Shown here one piece after another: positions 48,780 to 58,559 of a stretch of 62,280 nucleotides of DNA. Source of the DNA: a virus (lineage: Duplodnaviria > Caudoviricetes). A program made the position numbers and the translations under genes. Below the pieces are notes generated by a model. The model did no database searches and had not been told where the DNA came from. It was given only the letters and a program-made list of their open reading frames with translations. The DNA lies in IMG/VR virus record IMGVR_UViG_3300030106_001081, positions 1 through 62,280 of that record. One strand, 5' to 3'. The number at the start of each line of letters is the position of its first letter. Position 1 is the first letter of the stretch.

Positions 48780-49087
48780 TAGCCATTCCTTGTAAATTTA
48801 CCACCTTGCGTAGCTGCACCCATACCACGAGCCATACCACCACCACTCATCCTTTGAGCGGGAAAACCAAAAGACTTACCTTTCATAGCATCATCTCCAT
48901 AATTATACATATTACTTATATTTTCCCCTGCTTTTTTAGTTGTGTCAGTCGTTTTATTTCTTTCACCTCTTTGTTCTGTTAGGGCATCTTTCACATCTCT
49001 ATTAAAAGACTCAAAATTACGCTTATACCTTCTAAAATCAGCTAAATCTTTATTTACCTTTGGTTTAGTTAGTTTTTTTCTTGACAT
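48779..49087 (-). CDS. small basic late protein
   Basis: MSGGGMARGMGAATQGGKF C-terminus. Confidence 0.7.
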   Translation of the reverse strand: MSRKKLTKPKVNKDLADFRRYKRNFESFNRDVKDALTEQRGERNKTTDTTKKAGENISNMYNYGDDAMKGKSFGFPAQRMSGGGMARGMGAATQGGKFTRNG

Positions 49088-49088
49088 A

Positions 49089-49400
49089 TTAACACTTCCA
49101 CCTTCTTCTTGCTTGCCGTAAACGGCTGTTAGGGTCTTTTGCTGCTTTAGGAAACTTCTTCATCTGCCCTGCTGAACGAGCGCAATATGATTTTCTACGG
49201 GCAGCTCTCTTACCTGTAGGTTTGTCTTCTGTAACAGCGGTCTTGAGTTTTGATCCAGGGTTGTTTCTTCTATACTTAGCAACGCCTTTAGCGGTCATAC
49301 CCGCACCAGACTTCGTGGGGCGCTTGTCCCCACTTTTGATGGACATGCCTTTCATGCCCTTGCCTTTTACTTTGCGCCCTCTTTTGTAATATTCACGCAT
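49089..49400 (-). CDS. basic late protein (DUF6321-like)
   Basis: G.T.KG...Y..NPGS.LK, RRKSYCAR, DPNSR...RRWKC. Confidence 0.7.
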   Translation of the reverse strand: MREYYKRGRKVKGKGMKGMSIKSGDKRPTKSGAGMTAKGVAKYRRNNPGSKLKTAVTEDKPTGKRAARRKSYCARSAGQMKKFPKAAKDPNSRLRQARRRWKC

Positions 49401-49995
49401 GAAATACAGTTATCATATCAGCAACATCTAAAGTGTATTTGATAGATAAACCACTCCTAAATATAACCCCCTCTGAAGGTATTGTTCTGTCAATAACTGT
49501 GTTTGCCGTGCCTATAGTCCGTGACTTAAATAAAGTCGTGCCATCTTCAGGTGCGCCGTCAATAAATTCTACGTCTCCTGCAGTGCCGCCAGATGTAATA
49601 GACATCCCTTTTAATCGTACTCTATTACTACCGTTTACAGCTTGAGCGCAGGTTGTTCCAGAACCAACTTTTATATTAGCTGCATACTGTTCAGAACACT
49701 CTACAGCGGTTACTGTTAAAAATAGTTTTGTACCTGCAACTGCTTCTGCAGAACCTGTAGAAGTAATAGTCTCTGTCATAGCGTCACCAAAAACATCAGT
49801 ACCTGTTATGGTACAAGTTTTTGAATTATCGCCAGTCCCTGTTGTTGTCACTATAACATTCCTAGCCGCACCTCCTGCAAAAGTGGTATTCGCCATCGTT
49901 GCTGAAGTATCTGGTCTGGCTGCTGTAACTAATCGGTCATCATCCGAAGCATTTTCGTCATTTATGGTGAGCGCTAGTACGTCTGAAAGTCCCAT
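49393..49995 (-). CDS. virion structural protein
   Basis: 200 aa, Thr/Gly-rich beta protein, AGGAG RBS. Confidence 0.7.
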   Translation of the reverse strand: MGLSDVLALTINDENASDDDRLVTAARPDTSATMANTTFAGGAARNVIVTTTGTGDNSKTCTITGTDVFGDAMTETITSTGSAEAVAGTKLFLTVTAVECSEQYAANIKVGSGTTCAQAVNGSNRVRLKGMSITSGGTAGDVEFIDGAPEDGTTLFKSRTIGTANTVIDRTIPSEGVIFRSGLSIKYTLDVADMITVFHA

Positions 49996-50016
49996 ATTAA
50001 TCTCCTATTTTGGGTA

Positions 50017-50034
50017 GTGGGGCTTTCGCCCCAC
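50017..50034 (-). terminator. GAAA-tetraloop hairpin (no clear U-tract)
   Basis: GTGGGGC-GAAA-GCCCCAC on the - strand after the 50043 stop. Confidence 0.5.
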
Positions 50035-50042
50035 CTGATTAA

Positions 50043-50774
50043 TTAGCCGTTTGCATAATCAAACGCTGCACCATGTATCTTGATAACAAGTTTACCTGCG
50101 GTATACGCTGCGTCTGTCGCATCGCCGCAAGTTAGATAGAGATACTTTTTACTTAGAGCTGCTAAAGTAGAACCTGCATCTGCTTCGTTATGAAGACCTA
50201 ATGTTAAATCTCCATTGTTAAACAAGACTGTACCACTTGTTACAGCAGCGTTTTCAGCGCTAGTTCCAGTTGCGGAACAAACTAAGTTAATATCTGGATC
50301 ACCACCTGTTGGAACTTCTAAACAAATAAACTCTAACTTATAGGGGATACCGTTTACAGGACTTGTAAGCTCCGCAATGTAAGCATTTGCGGCTCCGCCA
50401 TCTGTACCAATAATGTCATCAGCTGCACCGCCAGAAGCTAAACCACCATGTAAATCAATTAAAATAGTTGTAACAATATCACCACCGATTTTATTTATAA
50501 AAGTATTGATTGCATCATCGGCTATACCAGAACCATGTGCGTTTGGAGTAATATTAAAGATCGTAGCTGCTGTACCAAGACTTGCATTGTTAGAACCTAC
50601 AGTTGTACCTGCGGCAACAATATTATCTCTACCAGAAGTTGCTACTTTTTGAACTTCTAAAACACCATCACTTGAAGCGACGATTTGTTCAGTAAAAGCA
50701 CCTATGGCACTTTTTGAAACTGTTTTAAACCCGTTTTCGGAGCGGACTGCACCGTTAAAAGTTGTATTAGCCAT
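50043..50774 (-). CDS. putative capsid decoration/minor head protein
   Basis: MANTTFNG.VRSENGF N-terminus; follows the MCP. Confidence 0.65.
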   Translation of the reverse strand: MANTTFNGAVRSENGFKTVSKSAIGAFTEQIVASSDGVLEVQKVATSGRDNIVAAGTTVGSNNASLGTAATIFNITPNAHGSGIADDAINTFINKIGGDIVTTILIDLHGGLASGGAADDIIGTDGGAANAYIAELTSPVNGIPYKLEFICLEVPTGGDPDINLVCSATGTSAENAAVTSGTVLFNNGDLTLGLHNEADAGSTLAALSKKYLYLTCGDATDAAYTAGKLVIKIHGAAFDYANG

Positions 50775-50835
50775 ATGTCAAATCTCCTTGTCTTGGCTAT
50801 TGTCAGCCACACCATGCGACTGTCAAGGTATTTGT

Positions 50836-50864
50836 AGTATAGAGTAAAAAGGGGCGACCTGCAA
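50836..50864 (-). promoter_or_regulatory. sigma70-like promoter embedded in the MCP terminator
   Basis: TTGCAG-N17-TATACT on the - strand. Confidence 0.5.
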
Positions 50865-50875
50865 GCCACCCCTTT
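50846..50875 (-). terminator. intrinsic terminator after the major capsid gene
   Basis: AAAGGGGTGGC-TTGCAG-GTCGCCCCTTT-TT. Confidence 0.75.
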
Positions 50876-50882
50876 AAGTTTT

Positions 50883-51791
50883 TTAGGCTCCTGGGGAACC
50901 AAAGATTCCCAACGGATCGGATACACCAAAGGAGTATCTTTCTCTAGCCTTATAACGGCTGTTGCCTGTATCGAAATCAGCATCCATAGACGTTGCCATT
51001 GGGCTACGTGTAAAGTGCTTCAGACCATTAGGTACATCCGTCATCAAGAACCATGCGTCGGTATCAGTTAAATAGTGGTTGACTGCGAACCCTTCAGGGA
51101 CAGAACTCATGCTACGTATCGCATTGAGGTCATTATCTGCGGTTCCCACTCTTCCCTCAGTTTGAAGCAAACGAGTTGCAACAAATTGTAAATCTGAAGG
51201 AATAATCAACTTACGAGCTTTCGATGCGATGAGAAGTCCTCTTTCATCTGTCCACCCTGCGATCTGAATAATAGCCGCTTCTAAAGAAGTTTCATTAAGA
51301 TCAGCTGCAGTTGCAGGTTCGTTAGAGTTAGTTCCACCTGAAACTAATGGGTGTGCAGTAGAACAAAGCTCCACTCCATCTCCGTAAGTTGTGCCAGAAT
51401 CAAAAGCGTTGTTCAAAATAGAAGCTGCTTTGACCTGCTTTGTGTACGCCATAGCACGGGCAAGCGCTTTGGTATAACGAGATGATAAAGAATCATACAA
51501 GTTATCCTCAATAGCCTCTTCAGTAATTGAAAAGCCCATTGCGACTGTCTCGTGGTTATAGCGAGCTGTGAAAGCCTCTTGAGCATTGTCGTACTCGATG
51601 GCAGAGCCTTCGTCTTTGACTGGTGCTGCGGAGAAGCCTGATAGTTTAGTTTCTTCTTCGAAAGAACGATCAGAAGTTTCTGCTTCAAAAATTTCTGCAT
51701 GTTCCTCACCGTACTTAGCATACTCTAAACCGAAAAGTGCGTTAAGCCCAGGAAGTAGTTCTTTAAGAAGTTGTGCGCGAGATATTGCCAT
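50883..51791 (-). CDS. major capsid protein
   Basis: MAISRAQLLKELLPGLNALFGLEY, EDNLY, YKARERYSFG; position after the scaffold; followed by a terminator. Confidence 0.9.
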   Translation of the reverse strand: MAISRAQLLKELLPGLNALFGLEYAKYGEEHAEIFEAETSDRSFEEETKLSGFSAAPVKDEGSAIEYDNAQEAFTARYNHETVAMGFSITEEAIEDNLYDSLSSRYTKALARAMAYTKQVKAASILNNAFDSGTTYGDGVELCSTAHPLVSGGTNSNEPATAADLNETSLEAAIIQIAGWTDERGLLIASKARKLIIPSDLQFVATRLLQTEGRVGTADNDLNAIRSMSSVPEGFAVNHYLTDTDAWFLMTDVPNGLKHFTRSPMATSMDADFDTGNSRYKARERYSFGVSDPLGIFGSPGA

Positions 51792-51804
51792 TTTACATTA
51801 CTCC

Positions 51805-52446
51805 TTAAATGCCAACTGGGTTACGATAGGCATGTCCACCAATGAACACGTTACTACCATTATCAGTATGTGTGCTAAATATAACTAACAGTTCCTGAAA
51901 GGTATCACTTCCAGTCGCTGTGCTATCAACTACATCAATGATGTGAAGCGGTAGTGTTGAAGTTGTAGCCACACTATTGTTAGCGGCTAACTTCGACGCA
52001 CCATTAGTAGTATTGAGTGTATTACTAATGATAGCTGTTTTATTACCAATCACAGTTCTTCCCAATGTTGCCATTGTTGTACCTGAAGAGCATATAGCTA
52101 CTTTCATTATTAAGTCAGGATCATCAGCAACAAACGCATGAATATCACTAGCAACGATGCTACCAGGATATTGATTGTTAAATGTTAACTGATTAGTATT
52201 TGGGTCCGTATACTGACATCCCATAAAGACACCTAATGTGCCAGTAGCGGGAAGAGCAGATGTGCTTCCGTCACGGTCAATAGTACCATCGTTTACACGC
52301 TTCACTAGATCGCCTTTTCCAATAGCTGTACCATAGTTACTAGCTATTTTCATTTGTCGAGTAGCACCTGTGTAAGGACGACCACCAATTAAGCCAACGG
52401 GAACAAGCCCATAAGGGGCATCTATAGTAGGATAAGCCATATCCAT
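51805..52446 (-). CDS. capsid-associated/stabilizing protein
   Basis: APYGL.PV, GD.V, GVF.GC.YTDP, DDP; immediately upstream of the MCP. Confidence 0.65.
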   Translation of the reverse strand: MDMAYPTIDAPYGLVPVGLIGGRPYTGATRQMKIASNYGTAIGKGDLVKRVNDGTIDRDGSTSALPATGTLGVFMGCQYTDPNTNQLTFNNQYPGSIVASDIHAFVADDPDLIMKVAICSSGTTMATLGRTVIGNKTAIISNTLNTTNGASKLAANNSVATTSTLPLHIIDVVDSTATGSDTFQELLVIFSTHTDNGSNVFIGGHAYRNPVGI

Positions 52447-52459
52447 TGTCTCCTATTAA

Positions 52460-52909
52460 TTAATTGCCTTTGCCAAAAGTGACCTTAGACTTCCGATCAT
52501 TAAATAACGGCATTCTAGGGTCGTTTTCTCGCATGAGGTTGTTGTCCACGGAATGTATTTGATTGTCCGCCTGCTGTTTATAATATTCAGTGCGTTCTTC
52601 TACTAATTCCTGGGGAGCCTTACACAGCATCAAACCACCAATAACAACATTATCTCTAAAGTTTTCATTCTCTATAGTAACCAATGTTATTTCTGGATGG
52701 TCGCTTGCTTTTACAGGTTCCCAACCTTCACGTAATTTTGAGGAAACATTAGTGGGGTCAATAGTTCCTTGATTGCTTGTCCGTATCCAACGATATGCGT
52801 ACCCTGGCTCTGGAGTCGGTGAAGGTAAAACTTCAGGACGTTGCCAAGACTTTTTGCGTACAGTCTTCTCACGAGTTTCAAGTTCTCTGTTAATTCTATT
52901 TTCAGCCAT
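52460..52909 (-). CDS. conserved head-module protein
   Basis: GY.YRWIR, REGWEPV, GGL.LCK.P. Confidence 0.7.
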   Translation of the reverse strand: MAENRINRELETREKTVRKKSWQRPEVLPSPTPEPGYAYRWIRTSNQGTIDPTNVSSKLREGWEPVKASDHPEITLVTIENENFRDNVVIGGLMLCKAPQELVEERTEYYKQQADNQIHSVDNNLMRENDPRMPLFNDRKSKVTFGKGN

Positions 52910-53978
52910 TAGCTTTCCTCATTTCTTCTGCAACCTTTTGGGCGTATAATTCAAGTGGCACTCCTAGCCGTTTCGCTATAGCAACTTGTGTTTGCGTTAA
53001 TTTTACCTTTTTAGGGGCCATGCTCCGTGTAGCGGGTGCAACCACATTTGCTTGTCGTTTCGGCTTTTCAGCCTCTGGTTCTGCAATGTCCTCAAAATTA
53101 TCTGGGAACACTTGCCGCATACGAGTATCTATTGCCTCGTAGTATTCATCACTCTGCAAATCAACACCTTGTTTTGCAAGTTTGTTATGTAGACCCAGTG
53201 CTAGACTTGTCATTTCTTCATCAGCACCAAACCAAGTATTCTTTTTAGCCCATTCTACTGCCCGCACGTCGGCAACGGGTCCTGGCGTAGGTTGACTAGC
53301 TACTTCTGGTTCTACAGAAGTTTTTTCCTCCTGTAAAGATGGTATTTTAAAATTATTTAACTTGTCGCTTTTAATCTTGACATTTGTTAAACTTTCTTGC
53401 GCTGCAAGAATAGCGTCTGAGTCCCCTGCTTCATAAGCAGTTTTATATGCTTTTTTAGCTTGTTCAAGCTCTACGGCTGTTGTCTTCTTAGCTTGCTCAA
53501 GTAAAGCTGTCTGGTTTTTGTTAACACTACCTTTTAATTTAGCATTTTCTTCTTGCAACGATTTAGCAAACTTCTCTAGCTCTTCCCTTTCCCTGAACGC
53601 CGTTTCTTTCGCCCGCCTTTCGTCGTGGTAGCCTTTACTGAAGTGTTGGATTCTTTTTCTGACTTTTTCGGAGTAGTCTTCAAGTTCTTCCTCCGTAACA
53701 TCTTCAGGGGGTTCAGAAGGTTTACGATTGCGGTCAGCTTTCGGCGTATCGTCAACAACTTCGATTTCAAGGTCACTTTTATCAGGAGAATCCTTCCTTG
53801 CAGCACGAGCATTTGTGTCTGCGTTAGATTTTTCCTTATTATCTTTGGACTCATTTGTTACCTCTTTTTTATCTTTACCTGAAATATCAATCTCTACTGC
53901 GCTAGAATCTTCGATTTCAATATCTGGTTTTTTCTTTTCTTCGTCGGGAAATGTGTACTCTACTTTTTGAAATGCCAT
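52902..53978 (-). CDS. putative scaffolding protein
   Basis: Acidic N-terminus, long coiled coil, W...N.WFG, C-terminal IAKRLGVPLE.YA. Confidence 0.7.
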   Translation of the reverse strand: MAFQKVEYTFPDEEKKKPDIEIEDSSAVEIDISGKDKKEVTNESKDNKEKSNADTNARAARKDSPDKSDLEIEVVDDTPKADRNRKPSEPPEDVTEEELEDYSEKVRKRIQHFSKGYHDERRAKETAFREREELEKFAKSLQEENAKLKGSVNKNQTALLEQAKKTTAVELEQAKKAYKTAYEAGDSDAILAAQESLTNVKIKSDKLNNFKIPSLQEEKTSVEPEVASQPTPGPVADVRAVEWAKKNTWFGADEEMTSLALGLHNKLAKQGVDLQSDEYYEAIDTRMRQVFPDNFEDIAEPEAEKPKRQANVVAPATRSMAPKKVKLTQTQVAIAKRLGVPLELYAQKVAEEMRKANG

Positions 53979-53988
53979 ATTAAGTTCC

Positions 53989-54369
53989 TCAAATTGCTCT
54001 CGTGACACCACGAGGGTCGGCTACAACGGCTTCTATGGAATCATCGTTCATTAAACGATACTCCTTACCATCTATTTTAAATCGTGTACCACTATTGGCA
54101 CGAAACATTACGAAATCACCTATTTTACACCAAGGAGTGTCTCCAAACCTATCTTTATCTTTATAAGCTTGGTCGCCCATATCAACGACTAACCCAATGA
54201 TAGACATAATATGTTCGTCTCTCATTTCTTTCGTTGTTTTTAGCACACTTGTATTTTCGTAATTTTCTTCTATTTCGGGTAGTGCTACTAACACTCTATA
54301 CCCCACAGGTTGCGGAAGTTGTATTTCTAACTCCGCATCCGTTAGTTTTACTGCTTCATTACTATTCAT
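53989..54369 (-). CDS. groES: GroES-like co-chaperonin
   Basis: P.GYRVLV, G.VV..G, CK.GD.V.F...SG.....DG.EYRL.NDD.I.AVV. Confidence 0.8.
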   Translation of the reverse strand: MNSNEAVKLTDAELEIQLPQPVGYRVLVALPEIEENYENTSVLKTTKEMRDEHIMSIIGLVVDMGDQAYKDKDRFGDTPWCKIGDFVMFRANSGTRFKIDGKEYRLMNDDSIEAVVADPRGVTRAI

Positions 54370-54559
54370 CGTCGTCTTCCATATAGTTGCGCGAGAGGTC
54401 GGATATATGTGTGAGACTAGCATTTAGACCTCGGATCAGGCCAGTCACTTCCTTGTATTGGGCAAAGTCTTTTGCTCCACCATTACCAAGAAACTCTTGT
54501 GCAGAAACTTTATCAGCTTCGATTTTTTCTTTCAGCACGTCAAAGACGGTTTTAGCCAT
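54362..54559 (-). CDS. hypothetical head-module protein
   Basis: 65 aa; G...D...Y....G.I.GL. Confidence 0.7.
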   Translation of the reverse strand: MAKTVFDVLKEKIEADKVSAQEFLGNGGAKDFAQYKEVTGLIRGLNASLTHISDLSRNYMEDDDE

Positions 54560-57006
54560 TAATTATTCCTATCTCTCCCCTTGTTTTGGTTTAAAATATC
54601 CATTTTCATTTTATCTTGCTCACTTTGTCTAGCATCATTTAATTTAATACCATCTTTTCTAGCTTCAAGAGTCAATTCTGCTTGCTCAAGTTCTAATTTT
54701 TTAACATCTATAGCTCCATCAGTCATATCTTTTTGTGCTTTACGTTGTTGTTCTGCTTGACGTAACTGTATATCAGCTTGATCTTTTTGCGCCTTTCTTT
54801 GAACTTCAGCCTGTTTGATCTGCAACTCTGCCTGCTGCATTTGAACAATTGGGTCTTGCGCTTTCTGTTGTGCCTGTTGTTGTGCAGCCTGTTGTTGATG
54901 GGCTTGTGTAAGTTGCTTACCTGCATCGGCGACAAGTCTAGCTAAATTAACTTCTACATCTTCTGCAAGAGGTTGATCTGGAGGTGGTAACTCTACACCA
55001 AGCCTCTCTTCTATATCTTTACGATACTTAAACCCAAGATGTTCAGCTATATGTGCTTGTAAGGATGCCATAATCTTTTTTGCCTGTGGATTCTGACCTA
55101 TCATCTGCATAATCATAGGGTCCTGCATAAATGACATATGCGTTGCAATATGAGCTTCCTGATCTTGATACAAAAATGCTTTCATGGGCTTACCCTGCAA
55201 TGCTGCCATGTTTTCACTTACAGGATCAACAGGAGTCATATCATCCTCTACAGGAACAAGTTTATCTGCGTTCTTTACCCCAAGAACTTCTATCATCTGT
55301 CTATGTAATTGAGGCAGGTCATATATTTGTGGTGCAGATTGAGACATCTGGAGAACTGCCTGATACTGCACCACTCTCTGTGCCATAGTGGAGCTATTTG
55401 GGTCTGACACAGGTATAACATCAACCATAGCGTAGTCGGCTTGCCGTGCGCTAACTTCCCCTCGTTGTGGTTGATATGCGTATTCAATCGGGGCATACTC
55501 CGCTAATAAAGTTCTTAAGAGTTTAAACTCCTGCTTCATAGCGTAGTGGACACGAGCCTGAACTGCCGCCATTGGTTTTAGAGTACGCTCTAACAGAGCA
55601 AGAGTTGTCCCCACAGGAGCATTAGCAGACATATCAGATATGTTCATATCGCTGATTGCGCCTAACCTTCTCCCTTCTTGAGTTATTTGATTCAACAAAG
55701 CCAACAAAGTTTGGCTCGGTTCTTTGTAAGGAAGGGGCATTATATTCTCACGAATACTGCCAGACGGCACATCTACATCTCTAAATGACCCAGGTTCTAT
55801 AGGAGTGTCATCTCCTTTTATGCGTAAGCCTCTTGTTTTTAACCCTCCTGGGAGGTTTGCTAATGTCCCTGCATCCACAAGCTGCCGTATGAGCGAGGTT
55901 CCCGCTTTAGCGTACCCCCCTATTATATGTATCAAACCTAACCCGTAAAACCCAAATCCTGGGACATATACATAATGTACGAAGTGTTGTCGTTTTAACA
56001 TCAACTCGTCATCAGAGTTCCAGTTTCTCCGTATCGCCAATACTTCATTAGAACCACGTTCTATAGTTACAACGTAAGGTTTAGCAATTTCATCTTCAGA
56101 ATCATCAATACCATCAATAACAAGGTCTGCATGTACCTCGTAAACACTATATCTATAGTCGTCCGTTAAAGAATACCCACCTTCTTCGGCTTTTCTTTTC
56201 TCAATGTCATTGTGGTATGGCTGCGGCTCTCCAAGTTCTACATCACGGTAAAACCCGTTAGCCTGTAACTTCTTCAACTCATTTTTTGTTTTTCGCATAA
56301 CATGGGTAACACGTTCTGCGGTTTCTACGTGTGAAGCTCCATAGGGTACAATAACATCTTCTGCGGGTATATAAACCGCCATCTGTCGTCCTAGATTTGG
56401 ATCATAATATACTTTCTTGAACGCCGACCCTGCTAAACCAAGACTATAGAGCAATCTCTCATGTTCTGGTCTGTATTCAACCATATTCTCGGTAAGCTCA
56501 TAATTCATATCCGCCTTAACACGAAGTGCAGCGGCTTCTTTTTCTTTAGTCTCTTCCCCAAGAATTTTTGTCTTTACAGGCCCTGCAGAAGGAAAAGTTT
56601 CACTCATTGTCTCTGCCTGAAACCGTATAGCGGCTTCGGCTAATACTGTAGAATACACCCCACAAGCTCCGTCCCATGGTTCAGTACGCTCTTCATACTT
56701 AAACCCTAACACGTCAAGACCCTTTACAAATGTATCAGCCCAGTCTTTACGACTATCTACATCTGAATCAATCGACCCCATAAGATCATCTGCCAACAAA
56801 GATAGTTCGTTCTCTTCCAATACTTCAGCAAGATTCTCGTCAAATGCACCTGTGGAAGCCATTTTATCTTCAGGAATAATAGTAATCTCCATACTACCAT
56901 CATCCAATGTTACCATATCAGGGTTGACTATCTCTACCTCCAGAGCAGAAGTGTCTTCACCGTTTATACCTTGAGGTGCTTGGTATAGTCCTTTTTCAAC
57001 TGCCAT
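54559..57006 (-). CDS. portal protein
   Basis: 815 aa directly after TerL; GSAFKKVY, DAGTL.NLP.G, Gln-rich C-terminal barrel. Confidence 0.85.
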   Translation of the reverse strand: MAVEKGLYQAPQGINGEDTSALEVEIVNPDMVTLDDGSMEITIIPEDKMASTGAFDENLAEVLEENELSLLADDLMGSIDSDVDSRKDWADTFVKGLDVLGFKYEERTEPWDGACGVYSTVLAEAAIRFQAETMSETFPSAGPVKTKILGEETKEKEAAALRVKADMNYELTENMVEYRPEHERLLYSLGLAGSAFKKVYYDPNLGRQMAVYIPAEDVIVPYGASHVETAERVTHVMRKTKNELKKLQANGFYRDVELGEPQPYHNDIEKRKAEEGGYSLTDDYRYSVYEVHADLVIDGIDDSEDEIAKPYVVTIERGSNEVLAIRRNWNSDDELMLKRQHFVHYVYVPGFGFYGLGLIHIIGGYAKAGTSLIRQLVDAGTLANLPGGLKTRGLRIKGDDTPIEPGSFRDVDVPSGSIRENIMPLPYKEPSQTLLALLNQITQEGRRLGAISDMNISDMSANAPVGTTLALLERTLKPMAAVQARVHYAMKQEFKLLRTLLAEYAPIEYAYQPQRGEVSARQADYAMVDVIPVSDPNSSTMAQRVVQYQAVLQMSQSAPQIYDLPQLHRQMIEVLGVKNADKLVPVEDDMTPVDPVSENMAALQGKPMKAFLYQDQEAHIATHMSFMQDPMIMQMIGQNPQAKKIMASLQAHIAEHLGFKYRKDIEERLGVELPPPDQPLAEDVEVNLARLVADAGKQLTQAHQQQAAQQQAQQKAQDPIVQMQQAELQIKQAEVQRKAQKDQADIQLRQAEQQRKAQKDMTDGAIDVKKLELEQAELTLEARKDGIKLNDARQSEQDKMKMDILNQNKGRDRNN

Positions 57007-58559
57007 TAGTAATATCCACTTCCTCTACGTTTAAAGTATTGAACCTCTTCAGGTTCATCGGTTGGTAGTCTTATAAAGCCGCCCTGTCTGAACCGCATAA
57101 GCGCCATCACAGTCGAATCTACAAGGTCATCGTGACTCATAAACGGAAATCCTGCAATCTCTTCTATTACCTCTTCTGCCCATCGTGTCTCTGGAACCCA
57201 TACAAGCCCAGAGGATACTATATCTGTTACGGAGTTCAGACGTGCTAACTTGTCACCAGAACCCCTATGCGGTGTATACTCCTGTATCGGAAGTCCCATT
57301 CGCCGCATCTCTTGGTAAAGAGCCGTACCTGCGCTCTTCTTCTCAACTATGAACGAATCAGGTTCCCACTCAGCATACTCATCCATCGCTAGTTGCTTAA
57401 GTTCTGGAAACTCCATTCGCTTTTTAATACTGTTTAACAGAATAATGTTATAGTTGTCCACCTCTTCGTTCAAAAATACACCCCAAGTCGTCAAAGCAGT
57501 GTAATCGGCACGATTGTGTGTCTCTGCTGCCGCATCAAGAGACATGATAATGTACTCACAGGCAGGAGGTTCCTCCTTCTTCCACATCTGCCACCACTCA
57601 CGTTTAACCAAAGCCGCCTCTTCAGCTGTCGGTTCTTGTTGATATTGAGCGTTCCACTGAAACACAGGCATAGAAGCTTTGGTACGTAGTAGTGCTTCAA
57701 GATCAAAGAACTCAGGCCAGAGAGGTTTTTGTACCGACTCCCCTGTTTTCTTACTGGTCGTATCTAAAATAGCAGGGAACTCCACAACCTCATACTGATC
57801 TGCCCTTTCATTCTGAGACATGTCCCTTACAACACGCCCCGTCAAGTCATCCATATGCCAACGTGTCTGTATTATGGCAACTCGACCTCCAGGCATAAGA
57901 CGGGTCCTCGCACCAAAGGTGAACCAGTCATAAGCTTTTTCGAACACTTCAAAGTTTCCGTTAATGACATCTTGTTCAGAATGGGGGTCATCGACGAGCA
58001 GGAGGTCAGCACCACGACCTGCAATAGAAGAACCAATACCACACGCATAATACTCACCTCCTACATTTGTGTTCCATCGACCTGCAGATTTTGAATCAAC
58101 AGCCAAAGATACCGTAGGAAATATCGCTTTGTATTCTTCTGTTGCAATTAAGTTACGCACTTTTCGTCCAAAATCTACCGCTAAGTCCGTGGTGTGTGAC
58201 ACCATCATAACCTTCTTATTCGGGTTCCTACCCAGAAACCAAGCAGGGAACATAATAGAAACAAGCTGTGATTTACCATGTCTGGGGGGTATATTAACAC
58301 AAATTCTGTCTTTTTTGCCTTGTTCTATGTCCATTAACATATCAGCAAGCAGTCTATGATGCCGCCCAACTATGTAATCAGGTTGCATATGCTTACAAAA
58401 CGCTATTAAATCGTCATAAGCCGCCTGATTATAGTTACGTGTTGCTAATTCTTCAACCATTCGGTCAATCTCAGCAACCTCTTCGGTACTATATTGGTCC
58501 AGATTATCCAACATTATCTGGATTTCAGCCTCTGTAAAATCTAACGTGTGTTTATTCAC
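57006..58559 (-). CDS. terL: terminase large subunit
   Basis: PPRHGKS, LVDDPH, QTRW..DDL, YQQ.P, SLD.A, FP..HDD.VD. Confidence 0.95.
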   Translation of the reverse strand: MNKHTLDFTEAEIQIMLDNLDQYSTEEVAEIDRMVEELATRNYNQAAYDDLIAFCKHMQPDYIVGRHHRLLADMLMDIEQGKKDRICVNIPPRHGKSQLVSIMFPAWFLGRNPNKKVMMVSHTTDLAVDFGRKVRNLIATEEYKAIFPTVSLAVDSKSAGRWNTNVGGEYYACGIGSSIAGRGADLLLVDDPHSEQDVINGNFEVFEKAYDWFTFGARTRLMPGGRVAIIQTRWHMDDLTGRVVRDMSQNERADQYEVVEFPAILDTTSKKTGESVQKPLWPEFFDLEALLRTKASMPVFQWNAQYQQEPTAEEAALVKREWWQMWKKEEPPACEYIIMSLDAAAETHNRADYTALTTWGVFLNEEVDNYNIILLNSIKKRMEFPELKQLAMDEYAEWEPDSFIVEKKSAGTALYQEMRRMGLPIQEYTPHRGSGDKLARLNSVTDIVSSGLVWVPETRWAEEVIEEIAGFPFMSHDDLVDSTVMALMRFRQGGFIRLPTDEPEEVQYFKRRGSGYY

